Shown: piece by piece, positions 53,444 through 62,074 of the stretch
Layout of the letters: the number at the start of each line of letters is the position of its first letter
Numbering within the stretch: the first letter of the stretch is position 1
Assembly: GCA_900617105.1 (NCBI GenBank)
Contig: UYFQ01000350.1
Span: forward strand, 1 to 62,074
Direction of reading: 5' to 3'
Origin: Hydrurus foetidus
Lineage: Eukaryota
DNA: 62,074 nt
The notes under the pieces: generated by a model
What the model was told of the DNA's origin: nothing
The model's input: the letters and a program-made list of their open reading frames with translations, nothing else
Databases searched by the model: none
Made by a program: the position numbers and the translations under genes

Positions 53444-55341
53444 GTGTTCGCCGTTATGCTGTCCCCTCTTAGCGCCAGCCCCCTTCCTGAGAGTCCGAGT
53501 ATAATCTGCCCCGCGACCGCGATTATCGCCCCTGTAAACTCGGCTAGATTCTGGTAGGATGAATCGTCCCCGAACTCTAAGAAGCTCAAATCTACGGCAC
53601 AGACACCCAAAGCTACCTCTGTGCCTCCCTCGCGTGCGAACCAGATGAGCCCTGCACCCTTTAGGGATGCATCAAACTCCGCGACAATGACGGGCGTGGT
53701 GGGTGCGAAGGACTCGATCGTCCGGGTGAACTCCGTTTCACGATACCTCACGAGGCATAACATCGCTCGCCAGCACTGTATCGCGATGATGGCCTCGGAG
53801 GATAGGAAGAAGAGGGCATGAGGGTCGGTGCGCCCCCAGGTGACTCGGTAGAGTGCACTGCAGAAGGGGCGCATGACCCTACATATCTTGCCGTATCGCG
53901 TTCCCCACGACGCGAGTCGCTGTGCTTGTCGCAGGTTGATCCGCCGTGTGACATCTGTCGACATGAAGCCGTGCAGTGCTGTCAAGAAGTTTTTCCTGGC
54001 GATCAATACCCGCTCCTTGGTCAGGTCTATGGTATACCCGATGACGTCCAGCCGCGTGCTGGACTCCGACTTGTCGTCCGCCACTGCCTCTGGCCCCAGA
54101 AGGTCCGTGCAGATGCGCCGAGTGACTGCCATGTCGCTCTCGACCTGTCCTGCGAAGCAGACTCCGACGATGTCGTCGACGTACATTACCGTACGGCTCT
54201 TCAGACGGCAGCGAGCTTCCCACAATATCGCTCGGGTCACGACTTGGAACGCCGCTGGAGTACCGGCCCATCCAAAAATGCCGGCAAGTTGAAGATAAAC
54301 TAACTCGTTAGTTAGCAGCATGCCAAACAGTCCTACATCGCTAGGTCGAAAAGACAGTAGGGTGAAGGCGCCCTTGAGGTCCATCTTCCACAGGCGCAGT
54401 TCCGACCATTGTACTGTGGGGTCCGCTGCCTTCGCCTCCGTCCAAAACTCGTGTATCATGGTGGCGATCCCGTCGATTGTAGGGTGTTGAATTTGCCCGT
54501 AGTAGGCAGTGGCGGCTGCAGCCGTCTCGTCAGTGTTGATGGGGGTACCGTCCACATTGCTCAGATCCCCAAGTGGGCGGCCCGAGGCCTTGCCCTTCTT
54601 GGTGGTCCAGTGCGCCTTGCACAAGTGCAGATTGGGCACGTGCTCCTGCGCCATGTCCAGAGGGAGGAGGAAGGCTAGTTTTTGCTCCACCACTGCACCC
54701 AGCATCTTGTTTACAGCTGATGATACAGCGCTGTAAGTGGTTCTCAATGGGGACCTCGGCTGGCACCCGTTAGGCACGAAGCCGTCCGGCTTGTGGACTT
54801 TCATTCCGATGGCGAGGTCTAGCATCCGGTCTCGCTCTGGGTTGTCGTCCCTCAGCGTCTTCTCGACCCTCTCTCGGCTGAGTCTCCCGGGAGCGATTAG
54901 CGCCAGACGTCTCTTCACCATCTTCGTGAAGTCCAATCCGGCTGCTCTCAGGCATGCGACGTCGCTGTCGATGTACCGCTGGGGGAACTGATACCCCCCC
55001 GCCCACTCGTTAGCGGAGGCTTCGTCGTAATCATCCTGGGCCGCGTCTGATGCTTCCTGTATCACCTCCTCCAGCTCCTGTACACTCGACTCCGCGCCCT
55101 CCGGGAAGCACGCGGACACCCACTTCTCCACCATGGGAGCTACTGACCGTGCCCTATAGGGGCCGACCCCGCCGACCTCTGTCTCCGTTGCTATCCCCGC
55201 GTTGCCCCTGTTCGACCGAACAGATCTGCTCGAATAGCATGGTCTCGGCTCCAATTTGTTGGTGCCTGACGAGATACAGTCGATGTCGGCATTAGTCACC
55301 GTACTCATCTCAGGGGCGGGGCACGACAGGGTAACGCACAC
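53047..55341 (-). CDS. Reverse transcriptase / RNase H of the YR retrotransposon (intact 764-aa ORF)
   Basis: RT motifs RPLGDLS, KMDLKGAF, FGWAGTPAAF and YVDD. DIRS-type RNase H motifs FDASLKGAG, QNLAE, RGDS and HIAGVDNTNCDFLSR. Confidence 0.95.
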   Translation of the reverse strand: MCVTLSCPAPEMSTVTNADIDCISSGTNKLEPRPCYSSRSVRSNRGNAGIATETEVGGVGPYRARSVAPMVEKWVSACFPEGAESSVQELEEVIQEASDAAQDDYDEASANEWAGGYQFPQRYIDSDVACLRAAGLDFTKMVKRRLALIAPGRLSRERVEKTLRDDNPERDRMLDLAIGMKVHKPDGFVPNGCQPRSPLRTTYSAVSSAVNKMLGAVVEQKLAFLLPLDMAQEHVPNLHLCKAHWTTKKGKASGRPLGDLSNVDGTPINTDETAAAATAYYGQIQHPTIDGIATMIHEFWTEAKAADPTVQWSELRLWKMDLKGAFTLLSFRPSDVGLFGMLLTNELVYLQLAGIFGWAGTPAAFQVVTRAILWEARCRLKSRTVMYVDDIVGVCFAGQVESDMAVTRRICTDLLGPEAVADDKSESSTRLDVIGYTIDLTKERVLIARKNFLTALHGFMSTDVTRRINLRQAQRLASWGTRYGKICRVMRPFCSALYRVTWGRTDPHALFFLSSEAIIAIQCWRAMLCLVRYRETEFTRTIESFAPTTPVIVAEFDASLKGAGLIWFAREGGTEVALGVCAVDLSFLEFGDDSSYQNLAEFTGAIIAVAGQIILGLSGRGLALRGDSITANTWAFTERPRGSIVTNASMVWTLLCLAADVNVTEVTHIAGVDNTNCDFLSRKGSHPTTSVAEDAQRMGLGDVAVLDFFGADSAVDIVGLCDPRVKLDSEEDFVRFWVQAKTAIDRFLTWAKQRHPQSTGTQPV

Positions 55342-55730
55342 ATGTGCGATGACTCTCTGTCGGCGTTACAGTCACATGGCGTACACAAATCCCTCATCAC
55401 TCGGGGTGCCATGTGACTATACACGTCTAATATTAATCGTGTGTGAGGGGGAACTCGCTACCCTCGAAAACCCTATATACGTCGCCATAATGGCAACGCT
55501 CACACACGCATGCATTATTCACGCAACGTCCGCACCAGCGCTAAGACGGCACACTCGGCAGTGCAATAAACTAGCTCACACAGCCGTAATAAGCACTGAA
55601 CAGAGAGGGTTCCCCTCGCCTGTCTCAACACACAAAGACAGAGGGAACACCTCGCTGCCGATCACCGCGATCGACCCGATATCTGACGGCACACATCACG
55701 TAACGCACCTGTGACTGCTGGTACCACCAG

Positions 55731-57484
55731 TCATTTCCTGGCAGCGATTGCCTTCTTGATATCCGCAAGGGCCGCCGGCGGCAGACCCGCTGCGATGTCC
55801 AGCAGCTTCTCGCTGGTCTTTCCGGCAATCGACACGTGGCTGAAGATACAGTCCTTCCCGAACTTGCACTCGTAAACGCGGCCGTCCCTCCTAGTCGCTC
55901 CTAGCTGTCCTCCTAGATGACCAGCACAGGGTTTCGACGATTTGTCCCCGGCCGCCCCCCTACATCTCTCTCACGCTTTATTTTCTCGGGTGCCGGTGGT
56001 GGAGACACGTTGCTAATCTGCCGTGGCGTGTCGATGGCAGGCTTAGACTTAGTCGTAGGTGACTTCGCCGCTGCCATCATCTCCACTCGCCTCAGTTGTC
56101 GGAATCGAAAGAAGGTGTCCATCTGGGTCATCGTTTGATGATTGGATAGGTCGGTAGAGAGGTCGTCAAAAAGAGATGTGAGGAATGAAGCACATTTCTC
56201 GGGTGTTTGAACCGTCTCCGAAGGTTGCAACGAGGTACCTTTCGTCGACCTCACGACTCTAAAGAATTTCCTTATTGAACTCTCGACAGAGAACTTCAAC
56301 AGGTCCGACGCAACCATTTCCATAGGTTGGTAAACTCCTTCTAAGTTATCCAAGAAGACTTCCAGTGCGTTTTCGAACGCGTCTGCCAACAGAATGTGAA
56401 GACACATCTGGAAATTCTTCATCGCTCCCACGAGTCCCCTATTCTGATTGGGGCACGCCGTGGTTTTATTTGAAATAGCCTCTCCGGTGACGAAATCGTC
56501 CAAAGTAAGAGAGGGCTCATCTGAACCCTCGATAAGAACTGAACCGGTTAACAGGAGCTTCAGTTTCGCTTTATCCCGGAATATGTACAGTCTCTGGACC
56601 CGCCCTACCAGGGAGCACGCAGCAAAGGCCTCATGTCGGTGACCAGATTGAGTTTCGTATTGCTCGCAGATCATGCTACGATACTCCTCAGGTTGCAGCG
56701 TGACATCGGGGCTAATACAGTGATCCTGCTTCTTTTGGTCCATGGCCCGAAACAGGAAAAACAGTTCCTTTTCCCTCTGGGTGATATCAGCCTTTGTCCT
56801 TGTTGGGTGTCTTCCGCCATCCAAGTCGACAATCACGTTAGACGTACCTTTCGTTCGCTCTCCAAGGTCCTCCGTCAGCTCGCCCACACCAACCAGCTGG
56901 CGTACACACTGTCGTTTGACGAGCTCTCCTTCGGGTCCGGAAATTTGCCCCAAAGGGATCACAGCGCGAATGGCGGCTAAAAGACGCGGCTTCGCGACCA
57001 AATAGTGAGGTTGCGATGGGAACTTAATCAGCGTGCCGACTACTACGGGCCTTTCACCTGCACCGGCAGAATACCCCAGACAATGGCCGTACGTCATGCG
57101 CTCCTGCGGCTTGTCGTGAACCTGCACAAACGCTGTCTTGCTGGAGGCCACGTAGGTGAAGTCCACTTCCACATTCTCCAGTGGTGGGGACATTGGTAGA
57201 ATGATCACCGCGTCAACTGGGACATTCGCAATTGCCACGACCGCAGCCGACGAGACGCCGTATGCCTCGCCGTCTTCGTTGGTCGAGGTGGCCTGCACCG
57301 AAGACGCATTCTCCGACGCGTGCAACAGCACGGCTGGGACCAACGCGTAAGTTGGCATAATGACTCCATTGGGTGATGGTACTTGATCTGCGTTCATAGC
57401 TCTGTGGTGAACAAACGGGTGATAGCTTTCTTCAAAATCAGCCGGTTCAAATAATTGTGACCGGATGCTGTCACCGACAAACAT
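55731..57484 (-). CDS. Gag-like ORF1 with a C-terminal CCCH-like finger reached through a -1 shift near 55955
   Basis: Long ORF in the first position of the element (ATG at 57484 or 57397). The -1 frame continues KPCAGHLGGQLGATRRDGRVYECKFGKDCIFSH...AARK* to TGA at 55731. Confidence 0.78.
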
Positions 57485-57717
57485 TTCGATTCCCCACCAT
57501 CGCACTTGAACCCTCCAATTTCAAAAGTATGCTGTGACGAACTAAACTACGTTGAGGCTTGTAGCACCCCACGGGGCAGCGGCCCACGCTCCCTACGCCG
57601 CTTGGCGCTGACCCCGTTGTATTCCCCTCCTCTCTCCGTCCCTATGGGGTCCGGCTCCGGTCAGCGGTCCCTGCTCCTTCCACGCCAGAGAACCGCTGCC
57701 GTGGCGGTATCTCCTAA
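57406..57717 (-). repeat. Split direct repeat A1 (5' terminus, 312 bp)
   Basis: Near-identical to 50943-51257. Confidence 0.96.
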
Positions 57718-58064
57718 GTGGTACCGGATAAAAATAAAAAAATAAAAACTTGTGGTGGCCAAGCAAGACCCCCTTGACCCAAGATTCGATCCCCTTCAAA
57801 TCCGAGATTCGAGATCTTTAAACTGAAAATTCCTGAACCCCAGGAACCCGGTTTTCAATATGAGAAACCCTCTCATGTGACCCCATTTGGACCCAACTTA
57901 TAACAACTTGCACTAAATCTGTGGGGCCTACCCGAGTAAAGTAAAGGAACTGTTGATATCGCAGGCATAGCCTCTTAACGAGCATAACTAGCACATTATA
58001 GCCGCTAGGAACGTAGAGACCTTCAATCCCTTCTCATTGAGACAACCACGACACATAGGACATC

Positions 58065-60428
58065 ATGTCTGAAGAAGCAGAGATGAGCGACGACGACAAA
58101 GAGGAAGAGTTGTACAGTCCATCGGCTGAGGTATCGGATGAAAGTGGTAATGGCGACGCAACCGAACAAAATCAAAAATTTGTCAGCATTTTCGTGGGAA
58201 ATCTTGGCGAAACAACTGGACCACCTGACATCAAAGAGCTTTTCGAAAGTTATGGCATAACTGTCGACCATGTCGACATGAAAATCTGCTTTGCTTTCGT
58301 GCATTGTCTCTGGGTAACCAACCTTCAAGAGATAGTTACTAGAATGCAAGGGAGCCTATTTCGAAACAGGTGTTTGCATGTCATTTATGCACTCGATCTA
58401 GCTACCTGGTTTTTCTCTTCCCTACAATTTGGAACTCCTACATACCAACTCTCCCGTCATCTTGGCCGAACACTTGCTTCTTCTCGCAATCGAGTCGTAG
58501 AATATTCATCAGTTTTTCTCCAACCAACATACCTACAGCCCTAAAGTGCCCAAGATTGAAATCAGCAAAGGGGACGGTGATGTCAAAAAGAGAGAAGAGA
58601 GACGAAACAAAATCCAGGCACCCTCTACAACGCTTTTCGTCATAGGTACCGTCAACATCGACGTTAGGAGAACCACTGCTTCTGTGCTTCCACGGAGCCT
58701 ACCTCCAGAATTTGAATTCCATCGCATACCCCATGCAAAGCCATCACCATCACCAACATCATACGAAAGGGCGGGACGGTCTAACAGTCACGCCCTTGCC
58801 CCCTACTTCCAACAACCCAAACACTCCCACTCATCAGAACAGGCCGACACCTAAAAAACACTTTCCTTCGCAAACCAATTCCGCAGGCTTTGATCCTATG
58901 CGCACAACTGAAGATGTTATTCTTTCCACTTTTTCTGCCACCGCTGCAGTGCAGAGAGTTTTGATGCGCAAGAATTTCTGTTTTATCCGTTTCAACAGGT
59001 ACGTACGGTACAGTACATAGTACGGTATAGTGTACAGTACAGTGAACAGAACAGTGGACTTCGGTGCGGTGCAGCAGTGCAATTGTCTGTCGGGGTTCCC
59101 TCTTTTATTTGACGAATTTCTTGCAAACCATGCAGTATTTCTTTCTTTGTCAGATGGCTGTAAATATTTCTGCTGCTTCAAGACTCCATGATCTGTACCA
59201 CTTCTGATGTTAGTACTTCCTTCTAATTAACGTATCTGTCGAATCCTCATAGCGTCGAGGACGCCACTAAGGTGAAGGACCTGTTCCATGGTCAGGATGT
59301 GTGGGGCCGCACACTCTCCATTCAATTCTCCTCAGGGAACAATTTTGAAATGAATGGCAAGAGGGATCAGAGACAGGACGATAGGGGAAGGAAGGATGAT
59401 AATGATCAGAACAGGGGTGGGAAAATGTGGTCAGATAGTGGAGGATATTCAGACAGTAGAGGGGACAGAGACTCGGATGTGATGAATTCTAACAGAAACG
59501 GTGACGGCGACAACTACGGAAATAGCAACCCATATGATGGTAAGAGAGGATCCGGAAATGACGGGAATTCATACTGCCAAAACGACAATTATCTCCGCAG
59601 GATGGGGAGAGACGATGGGTACGACAGGCCAGGTCGCAACAACGGCACTGACAGAGATGGCGGTAGGGGAGGAGGGAAGAGCAACTTCGTCAACAGGAGC
59701 CGCAGTAGGGACAGAGGAAACGACAGGGATCGAGACAGAGATAGGGAGAGAGGAAGCGACAGAGACAGGGATAGGCACAACGGCACGATGGCAAACTCCA
59801 ACCAGTACAACGACCGTCCCTCTGATCAGAGTCGAAACAACAGAGCGTTCAACAACCCGAAGTTTGACTTCCCCTCCATCTCCGTGATCTCACTCCCCTT
59901 CCCTGCAAGCGGAGGACGCTTCATTTACGAACACATAGACGGACGTAGAGAGTACGTGGACGCAGTATTCTCCTCTTCATTCGGCAATGCGGACAGGAGG
60001 CGCAGGAGTGATAGCCGGGAGAGGGATGCCGACCCTCCGGTAGATGTGCATGCGTATGAGGAACTGAAGGAAGATCGTACCGGAAGGTGATGACGTCGTC
60101 ATGGTTCTGCTCTCTTCTCCTCTGTTCTCTTCTATTCTCATCTCCTCTTGCCTTCTGTCTATGACGCACTATCCTATAGACAAATCTGATAATCTTGTAT
60201 TGACTGTGTCGTAGGAGAAGGAGCGGAAGCATTGTGCTGGGAGGGACCGCGCACGACAGGAGAGCAGACCTGAACGACCTGCACCTCGTGATAGCGGGGG
60301 AGAGGGAGGGGAGGGAAGATACGAGGGAGAGTAGGTATGGCGACCAGACAACACCTTCTCAGACACTGTCACAGTCACTGTCACAGTCCAAGCGAAACAA
60401 TAGGGAGCGCGCATCTCACAGCAGATAG
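58065..60428 (+). CDS. Two-RRM RNA-binding protein with RD/RS-rich tail (SR-like), about 5 exons
   Basis: RRM1 SIFVGNL...VDMKICFAFV and RRM2 TLFVI|GF...MRKNFCFIRF...GRTLSIQFS, followed by RSRSRDR/DRDRDR repeats. GT-AG junctions near 58368/58538, 58645/58888, 58998/59253 and 60086/60214. Confidence 0.85.
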
Positions 60429-61290
60429 GCTATCGACAAGGTGTCGATATTACTAATACGGATATTGGCAGAGCACAGCACAGCACTACGTGTAGTGCAC
60501 TGCGACATGTCCATATGTACATATTTACGGCTTATGCGGCTTTATACGGTTAATATAGTACGGTAACGGCACGCTCACCACGACTCAAGCCAGTCGATGA
60601 CAGGAGTGCCTTCCATGCATCCGACTTAGAACTTATAGAGCACATGCAACTGCAGCGAAAGGTGGCGCAAGCGGTCATAAACTATAGGAGAGGAAAGGAG
60701 ATTAACGTAAGATGAAAAAGAACAAAACAACACACAGGATAGGACAGGGACCAATTATGTGTGTTCTAGAAAAAGGAAAAGGAAACACAGTATTTATTAG
60801 GATGTAGCAGCTAATTCAATTAAGATCAATGACCGCACACAACACAATGTACACGGCATCACAACAAAACTCAATCGATTCATGTGTAGGTCGTTTTTTA
60901 TTTTTTATTTTCACGCCCTTCGAAACGTACGTACCATACATTTCTTCAACGTAAACGTACTGATTATTACAGCAGCTGTTTTCTCGAATTCTGCTTTGAG
61001 TCCTTTCACCCAACAGCTTTGCATTTCACCGAAACTGGTCACTCCATTGCCATGTAACACTTTTCATATTTCATATTTCATATTCCCACAGTATGGCCCT
61101 TGAGAAGTTCCGTATGTAATTAGCACAAATAGCAAATAGCACACCTTTTTTGTCCGACTGACTGCTGCGAACTGAAAGAGGAAGAGGGAGATCTCGTCAC
61201 TAGCTTTAAAAGTGGTTAAATTTCATTGAAGCGTAAACTAGATGGTTTCCCCTTTTATGATACGAATTTCATGCATATGGATTGAAATGG

Positions 61291-61584
61291 GTATGTAACG
61301 GACACTTCGACTATCCGGAGGGTCGAGTGATGTTAGTTCTGGTAATGAGCTATCCCGTCAGATGTGAAACCACTTGACAGCTGTCACACCCTACTGTAAG
61401 ACTGTCCAAAACGGTACAGTGTAGTGCAGTACAGTGCACTGTACTGCACTACACTGTACCGTTTTGGACAGTCTTACAGTAGGGTGTGACAGCTGTCAAG
61501 TGGTTTCACATCTGACGGGATAGCTCATTAGAACAGATTTGGTATCACTCGACCCTCCAAATAGTCAAAGTGCCCGTCACATAC
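61291..61584. repeat. 294-bp inverted repeat with a perfect, loop-less 188-bp core (61343-61530)
   Basis: Exact symmetry about 61436/61437 (CAGTG|CACTG). The outer ~50-bp arms are complementary but diverged. Confidence 0.93.
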
Positions 61585-62074
61585 GTGCAGTAGAGTACAG
61601 TGCAGTGTAGTACAGTGGAGTACACTGCACTACAATATATGTGATGTGCCACATCGTTGAATTGAATCGAATCTTTCTCGCCCTTCAGTGCCAACAGACA
61701 GTACGCAGTGGACTAAAGTGGACTCCTGGAATGTACATCATTTCCCCACAGTTGTCGGAGTAATAACGAAAATTCTAAATCACCTTTGTCCTCTTCTTCT
61801 ATTTAGTTTTAGGTAGTTAGTCTACTCCTTGTTACCGGTTGGTACTGGAATTTATATTGGACCAGGGGCATGGTTATTTTGAAATAGGAAAGCAGAAAAG
61901 AGTACACGTACCGACAAGTCGAAAGCGACCGTTTAATTTTTATCTATCACACATTCGCACAGCACTCTTCATGTAGTTCCCTAGATTGCATCCCGAAGTC
62001 GCCAGTAGAAACAAACATCTTATCTTTTATTCGTCATAGATAGAGTGTGTTCGGGCAGGGTGTGTGCTGTGTGT

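Larger units (their letters stand above)
50603..57717 (-). mobile_element. Full-length tyrosine-recombinase retrotransposon with split direct repeats (Ngaro/PAT-type, DIRS order)
   Basis: Minus-strand order A1-gag-RT/RNaseH-YR-B1-A2-spacer-B2. No integrase, no TSD and no recognisable methyltransferase domain. Visibly more GC-rich than host DNA and free of microsatellites. Confidence 0.95.

Noticed and set aside
57750..57795. tRNA-like A/B boxes (GGTGGCCAAG...GATTCGATCCCC); similar TTCGATTCCCC at ~57485 and ~1275
   Set aside because: No cloverleaf or acceptor stem can be built.

Overview
Intron-rich eukaryotic genomic DNA with GT-AG introns and many pentamer microsatellites; a protist such as a stramenopile is my impression only. 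Host genes: TMEM14-like membrane protein (-), ankyrin-repeat protein (+), intronless four-TM protein (+), a 22-kb USP9/24/34-like deubiquitinase with two Tudor-like modules (-), PGAP1-like GPI inositol-deacylase (+), EXO1 (+) and a two-RRM SR-like protein (+). Mobile DNA: a decayed gag-like ORF at the left edge, a decayed restriction-like-endonuclease non-LTR retrotransposon, and a young, apparently complete 7.1-kb tyrosine-recombinase retrotransposon (50603-57717, -). The last has Ngaro/PAT-type split direct repeats (A1-gag-RT/RH-YR-B1-A2-spacer-B2). Its gag and recombinase each need a -1 shift, and the recombinase break contains an in-frame G_GGA_AAA slippery heptamer. It also has a structured gag-pol spacer and a candidate splice acceptor before the YR. 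Several fold-back elements are present: 110 bp with a 6-bp TSD, 168 bp with a degenerate sibling, 294 bp with a perfect 188-bp core, and a 20-bp P-element-like footprint with a 7-bp TSD. All calls come from reading motifs by eye; no searches were run.
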